Assembly (NCBI RefSeq): GCF_018977255.1
Contig: NW_024704743.1
Coordinates: 35,528,001 to 35,592,000, forward strand
Direction of reading: 5' to 3'
Length of the DNA stretch: 64,000 nucleotides
Source: Callorhinchus milii
Lineage: Eukaryota
Shown in pieces: positions 26,748-39,380 of the stretch. The translations under genes were made by a program, and so were the position numbers. Position 1 is the first letter of the stretch. Each line of letters opens with the position of its first letter. The notes under the pieces are model-generated. The model saw only the letters and a list, made by a program, of their open reading frames with translations. It searched no databases and was not told the origin of the DNA.

Positions 26748-28376
26748 CTTTAACAAAAAGTAGAAATAACATGTCATTTCTCGTTCTCTCATTTCAGATT
26801 GTAAGTTTGTCACCAGACTGACTGAAGACAATCAGTGTCGCTCCCTGGAAAGAGCACATTCACACAATAAGCATTTTCAAAATTAAATACCGTGTTAGGG
26901 GATTTGTGAAAAGATGATTCAATGAAATTCTGGAAATCCCAATCTTTCTTGAAGTGCAAATAAGTTTTTACATGCTGATGTGTTCACCAGAAAAATGTAT
27001 ATTTGTACCAGCTTGCGGTTTACAGTGTAGATAGTATTGTGATAACTCTTCCTATTAATCAGCTTTTAATGAGTGTAAATGTGCTTGCGTCCGTGTTCAA
27101 TAAGCCATGCTGAGTTCAACAAATTGATTGTGTGTAATCCCGAGGGTTTAAAGCAGAACCATACCAGAAGCAGCGTTTTGTCTAATTTCATGTCCTTGTA
27201 TCAATGGGCAACTCTGCCACTGTTGATCTTATGTTGCCATTTGTGAAGAACAGCAGAGCAACGGGAATATTTATGACAGGCATCCCTTGTCTCTCCTCTC
27301 ATGATTGTAACTTGCTCTGTTACCTGAGGAACTGTTAAACCAGCTCATCCAAGGTTTTAGAAGAGCCTCACTAGGTGTTAGATTGGAAATGAACGTGAGG
27401 TTAATTCATTCAGGACAATTTTTCTACGACCACAGAGTTCAGAAAAGAATCAATTTAAATCTCATCCCAGTTGTGACAGGCAAATCTAAGAGACGAGTTG
27501 GCCAGCCTGCCACCACCTAATCACTTTTCACTATGATAGGAGACCACAACTCATTAAAGGAATGTCTTCCAGTTTACTCAATATTCTAGTAGCAGTGTGG
27601 TGTAGTGTTTTGAACAGATTTTTCTACTCTGAAGAATACTACACATGTTAAGCATTGATTTTCATTAACCCTCAGTCTCCTATACATAGATTTCTACTGT
27701 GTAGTCAACTGGATCGTCAGAGGGCTGAAGGTCAAGTGAACAAGTTTCATAACTATTATCAGAATAATTTACTTTGAGAGGTTTCCCACTTCTTACTACC
27801 AGAGGAAGGTTTAATGTAGTCATTTTCATGTCCTGCTGTTTTGTCATAGAATATGTGACTTGAGTCACCTCAATTTCCATTTATGAAAGGAAATAAAGCT
27901 CCATTGGTACCATCTGCCTGCTTCAGTGGCAGTGTAACTCCTTTGAAGATGATGCAGTAATAAGGCAACATGCAGAGAGCTCTTGTTTAAAGACATACCT
28001 GCTTCCCTGGTTCTGCATTTACAACAGATGATATGCTAATTACTCCAGAGGTCACATTCAAAGCACTCCTGCTGCACAGAATGTCACGTGACACTTTCGT
28101 TCTTCAAAGATAATTCTACCTGCTTATTGGAACCATTTTATCTGCAGGAATTGTTTCATAAAAGCATTTTTATTCCCAAGGGAACTATCCCACTGTGTCT
28201 GCCACTGCAACAAAGTAACAGTTTAAAAATCCATCAGAGAATTATTCAGGACAATTTTGCTGCCACCACTTGAGATACTGACCTAACTGCTTAAGAGTTG
28301 GGCCACTATCCTATTAAACGACCCTAAAATGTTGTACTTTCTGATCCAACAAGGTTGGATGAAGTGCTAAAGGTTT

Positions 28377-28740
28377 AATAATAATCCTTGCATTTGATAT
28401 AGCGCTTTTCACGTCTTCTAGACATCTCAAAGCGCTTCATAGAATATACTGTAAAGTGAATTGACTTTATATTTGTGGGCGAAACGCAGCAGCCAATTGC
28501 ACCAGCAATGTCCCACAAACAGTTGTGGATTGATTGAGTTTTTTTTTGTTTGTTTTTTGAAGGATTATTATCCCCAGAAAAGTGATCCGCCAATCGCCTA
28601 ACAACCAGGTTCCTATTTACTGCTAAGTAAACAGAGGCGTGTGGAGAAGGAAACTTGCCCAACATTTCGCCCTGCCGGGGATAGAACCCAGTCTCTCACT
28701 TGCGAGGTGAGTGCTCTAACCACTGAGCTACAAGACTCCA
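28377..28740 (-). mobile_element. tRNA-derived Deu-type SINE, full length
   Basis: Reverse complement of the family. Confidence 0.88.
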
Positions 28741-31700
28741 TTAAGACAATATTCTGGGAGGTAAATCAAGATGCTAAACAATACAATTACTGACCTTTTT
28801 GACATTTATTCCAGACACTGGGCAAGTTGCATGTGTAGCTGGAATACATATGTTGATCTGTCAGTTTGGTTTGAATACTCATAAGCAAGGTGATGGGTTT
28901 CCATGTGCGTCAGACACCCGGCTGACCAAAACAAAATATATTTGGACAGCAGGATGTGCGTGCTTTGGCCTGGCTTTTGGTATGCTGATGGGACTCTTAC
29001 AAATTGTTTTCTGCATTTACTGTAACTGTGTAGGATTCTAACCTAAAAAATGAGTAACTCTCTCCGACTTTGGGTGTTATTTTTGATGGTTTTATATTGC
29101 ATTCGGAAAATGAAAACTAAACATGCTTTTTTGTTAAGAAAAGAGGCAATTCTACATTATTCACAAGTTTCATAAGTTTTATTTGGCAACCAGGACATGA
29201 ATGAACTAAACAGTGGAGGATTTCATGTTCCCAGTTCTCTCTTCAATTATGCTGCACTCGTAGTTAAATTGACAAAGAGGTTGCTTCTTTACCGGAGTGT
29301 CCTAAACTGTAGTGCTTCCAAATGCTGAAGGGCCAAATTAGTCTTTCTGAAAATGTGCCCTGACCTTTTCTTATTTTTTATGACTGTATTTTATGACTTC
29401 TGTTAACCTAAGAGTGGCAGCCAGTGGAGACTGGCAAAGCTTGCATCAAGGCTCTGGTAGCAAATCTTATGCTGTGTCACTCAGGGTGAAGTGACTTCAT
29501 ACAACTGGCGTTTTGATTGCTGCACTGCTGAACATTAGAGGAGACAACCAGGTAAATGAGGTTGATCACTGTGGACCCCATTCACTGTGTATGCACATAG
29601 TTGCCCTGCTTGCTTCTCATGCCCGCTGGCTTTTTAATGTTAAAATAATAATAATCCTTTCATTTGACATAGTGCCTTATCACATCTTCAAGATGTCTCA
29701 AAGAACTTCACAGGATATACTGTAAAATGTAGTGACGAAACGCAGTAGGCAATTGTGCACAGTGATGTCCCACAAACAGTTGAGCATTGAGTGACCAAAT
29801 TATTATTATTATATTGGAGGGATTATATATTTAGTTAGTGTTAGTTAGAATTTAGTTGGAAAATGGCAAATTTCTGGTTTGTTCATTAAATCGATTTGAG
29901 GTCACTTCCTGGGCAAATTAGATAGTGGCATTGGGAGGGGCCTAATGACCTGAAAGTCAGCAATTTTTACCTTCCCTCACTCTAAAAAAATGACTAACCT
30001 CTACTTTGTGGGTCACTAACAACATTACTTTCTGCTTTGTCCATGCACAGAAAACAGGAAGTAATGTGATGAACCCAATGAACCAGAGGTCATCTTCATT
30101 TTCAACATATATTAGGTCCCTTTGAGTCTTCACATATTACTTGATCTCCCTCTTATTGTTATATTGAAAGTTTTTTTTTAATCTGTGCTGCTATGTGCTT
30201 TTCTAGGTCTCTCTTACCAAGGAATTCTCAGTTTGGTTTGGATATTCTTAAGCCTGGTATTGGGTTTTACCGCATGTGTCAGACACGCGGCTGACCCCCC
30301 CCAAAAAAGTGACACATTAATGTTAAGATAGTACAAATATTTATGTGACAAGGCTTCACATGGGTTCATGATTTGTTTATTGATCAAATACACACATTCG
30401 CATAGACACACTTGCATGATACACACATACACAAATTTTTGGTGCTCTGAATCTCATTCCACAAGATTCTAAAAACATCTAATATTGCTACGGTTTTTGT
30501 TGTTCTGGTGTGGTCTTGTGGCTCTATAGAATGGTCTCCTTTGATAGGAAAGAAATGTGCAGCTGAGTGAACAGTATATTTAATCTCGATCTGAAAGCTG
30601 TATATTTTTAAACCAGGTTTAATAATCTAACTTGACTTGCTCACCCAGCTACATTTAATCATCTTGATATTATAGTTCCATATTAAATATTAAATAAGTG
30701 TTCTCAGGAGATGCTATAATATTGAACACAAATACATTAAATCAGTAGCTATAGTATAGTGGCTGCTTCTAGTTCATTATATATTCTCTCTCCTATTTCT
30801 TTCCTCTTACCGTAGATTTACATGTCAATGCGTTTGCAGAACCTAAAGGTTATACAACATAGGCTAAAAGGTGTATCAAGAAAGTATCCTCATGATAATT
30901 AAACCTTGATGATACCATTAAAGTAATACATGCCAATACTGTATTTTATAACAGATTTAATATTTATCAAATATGTGCTTGAGGAAGATGGGAATAGAAG
31001 GGTATAGCAGAGGGCATTAGGAGTCTCATGTGGGATATAAACACTGGTACAGACTAGTTGGGCCAAATGGCCTGTTTTAGTGCTGTAACCTTCAGTGTAA
31101 TTGTATGTTATTGAATCTTACAACCACCACATTTTTCAGCCTTAACCAAAAAAAACCCTTATTATTATTCTCATTGCCTCACAGTACTTGCTCTTCTCTC
31201 TATTTACCGAGAACAATTGTTTCTAATTTACGTGGTCAAAACATTGTGCGCTGAAATAATTCGATCACCGGATAATTAAATTAATGGGATTAAAATTATA
31301 GATGAGAGATTAAATAAAGGTGCTACAGTTGCTAGATATCATACTGTGTGACATAACATTAGCTGCAGTGCTTAGGTTTTGGGGTTTAATTTTCTTATGA
31401 AATTATTTGCTGCCCTTATCTTTTCCTGAGGTCCACCCTCCCCCCTACCAATTGCACACATTTTCCAATCAAGAGAGTCAGGAGGTTATCACAGTTGCTC
31501 TTGAACTTGGTACTAAGAGATAAGAGAGAACAAACTAGGATGGCTTAGTCTCTGATTTCCCCAATCTTCTGATAATAATCTTTACATTAGGTATAATGTC
31601 TTTCATATCACGAGCACATCTCAAAGCGTAGTGACTGTGTATTTTGTGGGCAAACGCGGCAGCCAATTTGTGCACAGAAATGTCCTCAACCACCATGAAG

Positions 31701-32999
31701 TTGAATGACTGGGATGCTATGCCGGCTATGCCCATCCAACCAGTTAGAGCTTTAGTTTGCAGGGTTAACATGAGCTGAGTGCGAAGAATACCTGCTCTCA
31801 GTGACTGGTGTGCTCAGATGAGCTAGGCTGGCTGGGCTATCATCAGCAGTGCCCTGGAATACTTTGGGCCCATCTGGCTCAGGAACCGGACTACCACAAA
31901 GGCACGAATTCAAAAACAAAAGCTGGGAATGAGTTCATCCCCAAGGACCCTCCACCGAGAATAGGTCTGTCTCATTTTAACATTAATTTACTATGTCTCT
32001 GTTTCTTTTTAACATTACTGCCTACCTCATCTCCTGCAAAGTGTCAATTTGATATTAATCTTGGTTGTCATCATTGGAAAAAAAAAGCCTTTAATAGTCA
32101 AAGCTACATCAGGGGAACTGCTGGTTACAATGTTCGGCAAAGGTCAATTGTGACATGACAAACAGCAGCGTTATTCAGTCCAGGTTATCCATTGGTATGT
32201 TATAAATATTATATCCGTGGGGATCGTTGATATGTATTCTCTAATTATGAAGTGGTTCTAATCTCTGCAACAGTGTGATACCAATTTCTTAATGGGACTA
32301 AATGTTTTCTTCCAGTCCTCTTGTGGTGAAGAGAACAGATGGGCAACTTCCTCCCAGCTGTCTGGACAAGTTACAATTTTCTTGGAGCTGGCTACGAGGG
32401 GGTATTAGCAGCCTGCGTGTAACCTGACATCTGAACTTTGCCCTACAATCAGTACTCTGATTGCCTGTATTTACTGCTTTTCCCCCAAATGCGGGGAAAT
32501 TTGTTCCTTATTTTGTGACTGCAGAAGGCACAAGCGGGAAGCTGCCCGTACATTTTTTAGATCAAATTGAAACACTAATTATTTTCCACAAAATAAGCAG
32601 TGCCATCAGAGCATCAACAACAAGAAAACAAAACACAAAGAATGTATTTTTGTTGCCTCCCAGAAGACTCTCTCTCTGATCTTATTTTTTTTCACTTTGC
32701 ATATTTCTTCTAACTTCACAGCTATCTACTGTAGCATTTCCTCTATGTCTCTTCTCTCTAGACCTAGTTTCTAATGTGCCAATTGATTCTATCATCAGAC
32801 CACCACTGACATATTCATCTGCCAATCTAAAAGTGAGTATTCATCACAAATAAAAAAAAGTTTAACTTTTTTAAAAAATATAAAAACAGGAATGAAATAA
32901 CTGGTAAATTTAAAGCAANTTTTTTTAAAGGATATGGAATGCTCTGCTGGGAATGGTGGTTGAGGCAGAATCTATATTGGCCTTCATGCTGGAAATTCT

Positions 33000-33570
33000 G
33001 GACTTCCTCGAGTACAAAATCGAGGGAATCTGCTCAGCTGCCACTGCCCTCCCAACATCCAAGCCCTCCCTACACCCCATCCCACACTCCGACCCCTACC
33101 CATCCCTCCTTCCACACCTTTGAACCTGTCACTCCCTCCTCTGTCATCACTACCATATCCTCCATGAAGTCCACCACCTGGACCCCATCCCCACCCCTCT
33201 CCTTAATCCCAACTCCACCTCCTTGCCCCACTACTCGCTGACATCATCAACCTCTCCCTGTCATCTGGCACTGTTCCTCCCCCCCCCCCCCGTCAAAACA
33301 GCCACCATCACCCCCACCTTGAAGAAACCTTCCCTTGACACATCACAGCTATCCAGCTGCCGGCCCATCTCCCACCTCCCTTTTCTGTCTAAGGTCTTTG
33401 GGAGAGCCATTACCTCCCAGCTTCGCTCTTTCCTCTCCTTCAGTCAGCCTCCCACCTCTCAGCCTTCCCTCACCCCTCCCCCATGCTCAGGTCCTGACCC
33501 CTGACTGTCCAGAGCCTTGGGACATCCACCTGACGTAAATGTAATTTTGTTGTTGTGTTGTTGTTGTTGT
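33000..33570 (+). mobile_element. Internally deleted L2 fragment
   Basis: KTATITPTLKKPSLD..RPISHLPFLSKV joined to an L2 tail. Confidence 0.85.
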
Positions 33571-34074
33571 TCATGAGGGAACTAGACAGATACTTTAAAA
33601 AGGTATGGGGAAGGACAAGTAAATGAGACTGAAAGGATTCCTCTTGAGGGAACCAGCACAGCCACAATAGGCCGAATGACCTTCTTCTACGCCGTAAATG
33701 TCTATGGCTCTAATCTTGGTGGCTATATTTGATACTATTTTTAAAGCAATTTTCAAGCCTATTACTGGTGCTCCTGATAGATTTATGTCACTGGCGAGTG
33801 TTCTGAAATGGCCATAATCCTGGTAATTTGTATCCTAGGTTGTGTATAAGCAATTTCAGTTCAATGTTCTTCATCGGCAAATGTGTAATGAAGTTTGACA
33901 TGAAGCTGCCTCACCTGTCTTCTCCAGCAAGCAAAGGCACGCAGATCCACACTTATGCTGCCAGCTCGTTCTAATCATTATTTAGAGCGAGCCAACTGTG
34001 TTGTGGTTAGTCTACTTTTCTGTTATGCATGTCTAATACCATCAGTTCCACCAGTCAAATACAGCAGTTAAAAT

Positions 34075-34680
34075 CAACAACAAAAATACATTTGTATAGC
34101 CCCTTTCACATCGAGAGGACGTCCCAAGGTGCTGGACAGACAGAGTTACGGACCTGAGCTGGGGGTCAGGATAGGAGAGGAGGGAGGGCAGGGGGGAAGC
34201 AGGGAGATTGAAAGCACGGTCGAAGAGGGGGTCTTGAGGTGGGTCTTGAAGGTGGCGAGGGAGGGGGGGGGAGACGGAGGGACTGCAGGATGGAGTTCCA
34301 GAGGGTGGGTGCAGAGTGGCGGAAGGCCCGACCACCGATAGTGGGGCGAGCAAGGCGGGGGACGTGAAGCAGGCCAGAGCCCGCTGAGCGGAGGGAGCGA
34401 ACAGGATGGTAGGGGGTTCGGAGAGGTAGTGGGGAGCAAGACCATGGAGGGTTTTGAAGGTGAGGACTAGGATCCTGAATTGTATTCTCTGTGTGATGGG
34501 AAGCCAGTGGAGTTGGGCAAGGATGGGGGTGATAGGGTCATGGAGCCTGGTGCAGGAAAGGACACGGGCTGCAGAGCTCTGGATGATCTGCAGCCTGTGG
34601 AGGGAGGAGTTGGGGAGGCTGACAAGCAGTGAGTTTGCATAGTCGAGCCTCAATGTAATGAAGGTTTCGGCGAGGGTTTC
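34075..34680 (-). mobile_element. L2 LINE 3' fragment
   Basis: RLDYANSLL..LHWLPITQRIQFR. Confidence 0.9.
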
Positions 34681-35328
34681 AAAATCATTCTATTAGTCAT
34701 GAGTAAATCAGTCAGCATAAAGGAATCTCCTTTCTTAAATCAACATGATGTTAATTGATCAAACATGACTTTAAGAAGCACCTCAAAAATCCTTATAAAC
34801 TCCTCAAAATACATTTTAATCCATCTCCCAAACATATACTCACAAATAGATATCATGAGGTGAACTAAAATATGAATGACAAATATTGTACAGTAATCAA
34901 TGGATGTGATCACATTCAACATAAAATAGATCATTTGCAAAGGGTTAGGCATGGGGATTGATTTTGTGGCATGTTTTAATGGGATCCTTAATCATTGGGA
35001 AATGTAAAAGACCTTGGCAGGTGAGCAGGCTGATTCTGGGCTGATTATGACATTTGCCATCCTTGGAGGCATGAGTTTATAATGAGAGTTTGAGAATCAT
35101 AAGAGAATAAGATATGGTCCCCCAGCAAGGCTGGTAAATGTACCAAAGACTGGAGAATGGTCCTTTGGGATTACTTGGAAGACGTACTACAACAGACATA
35201 TAGACACTGCTGCACTAAAACCAAGGCAAATATAGAGCTGTGTGTTCATCATTGCCATTGGATCACTTGTATGTGTACAATACATTGGATCACTTGTATG
35301 TATACAATATGTTGACAATATGAGTGGA

Positions 35329-35500
35329 TAATAATAATAATAATAATCCTTGCATTTGTTATAGCGCTTTTCACGTCGGGAGGACGTCCCAAAGCGCTTC
35401 ACAGAATATACTGTAAAGTGAATTGACTGTATATTTGTGGGCGAACGCGGCAGCCAATTGCGCACAGCAATGTCCCACAAACAGTCGTAGATTGAAAATG
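35329..35500 (-). mobile_element. 3' half of a young SINE copy
   Basis: Nearly identical to 62949-63125. Confidence 0.85.
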
Positions 35501-36659
35501 ACTACTGGATGCTGGGTGAAGGCAGGATCAGGCTCCACTTTGATGTTTCCTGCTGTTAAATGCCTGGATATACTCACTGTCAAGATTCACACATGAATAA
35601 TTTAAACCATACCTGAAAATTTATAGTATAAAATGTCATTCTACATATGGAGTAATGAATGAAGGAGGCTGTGGTGATAGATTATCAGAGAGCAATTCAA
35701 AAACCTTAATGTGATTATCTCATAATAGTAGCTAAGTGAAGAACTGATATATGAAGTTAACGTTTACTGTATTTATGCCATATTTAAATTCCTATTGAAC
35801 TTGCTGTTGCTACTTTATCAGATAGCTACCAATTCGTCGTCAGCAAATGACCTGCATGGCTGAAACAAGGGTTTTTCAAACAGGGTTAATGTGCGAGGGA
35901 TACACTAAATTATTCAATGTCATGTCTTGACAGCTGCAAGCGCAGGATCTTTTCTGTGCTTCTGTCTAGTCTCTCATTGACATTCGTTAAGTGCAACAAG
36001 TGATTGATAATCTGACATTATCTGGTTAGTCCACTGTAGACGCAAGTCCCTTGCACTAAAATTGCACCATTGTCTTGTTTCCCCTGTGCCCATCCCAGAA
36101 TTAAAGCCGCTAACTGTGATGCACCTTTTGACCAGTGCTGTAACTGCTTCATTTCATCAGATTGTTGTTTAGTGACACACTCAGTGAGTTGGCTTCAGAT
36201 ATCACAACAATTTTACAGTAGCAAGTAATACAGGAGATTTCCCGACGTATTATTGTCTACCTGATCAGCTTTTTCTAACCGAGTTAAAGAAGGTGATCAG
36301 TTTGGTGAAATTTAAGATTTACTTTCGGTCATCAACGTGCGGAAACCCATCACCATGCTCAAGAGTATCCAAACTAGACTAAGAGTTGCACATATGTTTG
36401 CAGCGTATGCTTGCAAACTTCCATGTCTGGAATGGAATGCATACTCTCTCCCTGGAGGAACGTGTCTTGTTCATCCTATTTCGGAGTGTTACATACTGGT
36501 TGACAAGTACCAAGATCTGGGGGACTCCAGAGTACAAATTTGATACAGATAAAACTGTATTAATTGACATTTGGTTTATTTAAGCATTATCAAATCCTTT
36601 GGTATAAAATTCTGGAACAGTGTACATTTGCCCACCTTTGATGGGCATGTTCAAATTAC

Positions 36660-36816
36660 CTGTAAGATTGGGTGGTGATCTGGGAACAGCCCCAAAGAAC
36701 TCAAAGTCTGGCATTGAATTCTCCTCGCCATTGGAGATGTTGGAGGGGGTGATCCTACGACCAACATGTGAAGTTGAGGGCCTCGTGTTCGAGTCAGCAC
36801 CGCTGGGTTCAGACAT
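36660..36816 (-). CDS. F13A1: Factor XIII A chain, first coding exon (human exon 2 equivalent): activation peptide MSEPSG...VGRRITPSNISN...FGAVPR|SPPNLT
   Basis: ATG at 36816, preceded by acceptor tttcag (exon starts 36829, 13-nt UTR). Phase-1 donor G|GTAATT after 36660. GRR..P.N.SN and VPR motifs resemble the human FXIII-A activation peptide (GGRRAVPPNNSN...GVVPR|G). Confidence 0.9.
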
Positions 36817-36981
36817 TTAACAAAATTCACTGAAACCACACAAAATGAGCCGAGTCAGATAGATTAGGCCAATCGTTTTGGTTGGCCAACATAATGACAC
36901 AATAACATATATTATTGCCACAAATCAAGAAATATTCATTCAAGAAACATTTATTTTGTTGGCCAAGCAAACAAGTTGCCT

Positions 36982-37048
36982 GTTTTCACAGATTGGCTAA
37001 TACAGTGGTGGCGAACCAAAGAAACCGGATTAGCCAATCTGTGAAAAC
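36982..37048. repeat. Perfect 20-bp inverted repeat with a 27-nt loop
   Basis: GTTTTCACAGATTGGCTAAT / ATTAGCCAATCTGTGAAAAC. Confidence 0.93.
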
Positions 37049-39178
37049 TATGAGTCAATCAACAGCTGGACGGAAACCACAATGGATATAGCATGTAGGT
37101 TAAGACTTCCACTTAAGACCTACAAGAAGTACATATTTAATCATCTTTTCCCTCCCCCCACCCTCAGCTCCAACTCCCAGTTTGGGTGCCCAACCATTAT
37201 TATTAAGCACATTGAGGCTACCTCCCCATGTGAAAGGCGCCATATAAATGTAAATTTGTATTGTATGTATCATGCATTGTTGGCACTAATACAGCTCATG
37301 CAGCACTAACTGTGATGCCAAAGTGGAGACACTACAGCCCAGCACAATTTATCCTGCAGCCGCCCCTTTCCCATTTGCAAAATTTGCCTTTGTATTTACG
37401 AAGAATGCACCAGCACCGCTATCCTTCGGCTTGCTCCAGCTCCAAACCAACAACACCTTGTACTTATATAGCGTCCCTCATGCAGAGTAACGTTCCAGAG
37501 CGCTTGACAGTGGTGGAGCACGATGCTGAGCCGGAGAGAGGGGGGAGGTTTGAAGCGCTCTGAGACGCTGTCCGGCGTGGAGGGTGCTATATAAATTCAA
37601 TTTCTTGTTGTTGTTAAGGTGACTGTAAGCACGGTCGAAGAGGAAGTTCTTCAGGGGAGAACTGAAGATGAGGAAGGAGGGGATAATGTGGAGGGATTAA
37701 TAATAATAAAATAATAATCCTTGCATTTGATATAGCACCTTATCACATCTTCGAGACATCTCAAAGCAATTCACAGAATATACTGTAAAGTGAATTGACT
37801 GTATATTTTGTGGGCGGATTGGGGAAGAGTGTTTCAGAGTTTCGGGGATGGAGATGGAGGCAACTGGCTTTGTGGGCAGCAGCCAACTCAACTCCTGAAG
37901 CGGTCTGGAAAAATGCGATCTGGTGAAATTCAGACTCTTTACATTTCAGGCTACCTCAGAGTTTACTTTCTGTAGGTAAACAGTGATGCAAATGGATATG
38001 CAGCTCACAGTTATCCTCCAAGGAATATATTCCTCTCACAAACAAAGCAATTGTTTTATCCAGGAAACCTTTTTTTTTAAAAAAACAAAGTTGGAATGTG
38101 AAAAAAAATGCATCTCCCTTCCAAGTTTATCGTGATTATTTTCTTACCAAATGGTGCCTCTGGCTCAAAACATTGTTTTCATAATAATGCAGCAATAAAA
38201 TCTGAACTATGATAATTACATAAATGCAGATATAAAAGCAGAATACGGAATTATTTTGGAATATCTTTGCCCTGGACCTCTGTATGATGTACATTCTTGC
38301 TTGTAAATGTCACCAAAGCCCAATAAATAAAAACATACTGGCAAAGTCAACAAACTGAAAACTATCAAATGGTGACAAATATGGTATAGCAACACATATT
38401 TGCAGAGGGTAAATGCATACAAAACAAATTGCAAACTTCTGTAACTGGCTGTCGAGATTCTGCTCGTGAATCTTTCTGTTAACATCAACCATTAAACTGC
38501 ACAGTTCCTGAATGATGAAAACATGTGCAAAAAGGCATTTAGACTCGCTATGCAGAGTGGGTTCTGGGGATAATACAAACAACACATTAAATATCCAAGT
38601 CAGCAATGTGCTGACTGGAAATAAATCTGGCATTAAACTGGATCCAGATGAAACGGGAAATATAATAGCATTATCCTACAGCCCAACAAGGAGCACTGTA
38701 TTCATGTGGTAAACTTCACTCTCCCAAACAAAAACCTGCTGTTTTATTTTTGCTGCAGAACACAATAATCTGGCAGAGAAATACATATTTTGAAAAGAAA
38801 ATGACATAGAGAAGAGGCACCGGGGTAAAGAGTATGTATTGTCCTCAGATCACACCGTGGACAGAGCAAATCTAAATGCCTTTTGCACAAGTTTGCATCT
38901 GTCTGGATCTGTGTAATTTTTTTGTGGCTGGAGTTAAGAGAAAGAAGAATCTCCACAGCAGTCAGTATAAAGCACCAACACACAACCATCGTTCACCCCC
39001 AATGCTGAAAGCTGAATAGCAAGGTTGCAACCCAACTAAATCACTGAGAGCTCTTTAACTCTTATCAGTGTAACAGCAAAAACATCAACAACTCGCTTAC
39101 ATAAAAGTTCAGTTCAAACGAAATGATCCAAGACAGGATCTAAAAATAAACACAATTCCAACTGCGACCAACAGTTAC

Positions 39179-39380
39179 CTGGAGCCTGGCTGCAGAGCCA
39201 GGCAGGGATCTGGGTTGATGGAGGGAGAGACTGGGTCGCACACTCACTTGTCTGGTTCAGCAAAAGTTGGTGCAGATTCCAACTGGTGCTTCTCTCCAAA
39301 TTATATGGAACAACAAGGGCCAGCCACTCCCCTCCCTCCCCTCACCCACCCACCCCCTTGCAATAAGCAAGAGGAATGTA
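39179..39380 (-). promoter_or_regulatory. Candidate F13A1 promoter and non-coding exon 1
   Basis: On the minus strand: ETS-like AAGAGGAA (39369-76, reads on +), C/EBP-like TTGCAATAA (39358-66, reads on +), G-rich GT/CACCC boxes (39329-57), TATAAT at 39305-39300, then two donor-like sites (CAA|GTGAGT after 39248; CAG|GTAACT after 39179). It lies 2.4 kb above exon 2 in repeat-free sequence. Confidence 0.55.

Noticed and set aside
27680..27880. 66-aa minus-strand ORF in intron 2 as an alternative first exon lacking the activation peptide
   Set aside because: No convincing phase-1 donor to join exon 3, and no recognisable homology.
35257..35310. Short tandem duplications (also ~54333-54365 and ~61201-61250)
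   Set aside because: Ordinary two-copy slippage duplications with no sign of function.
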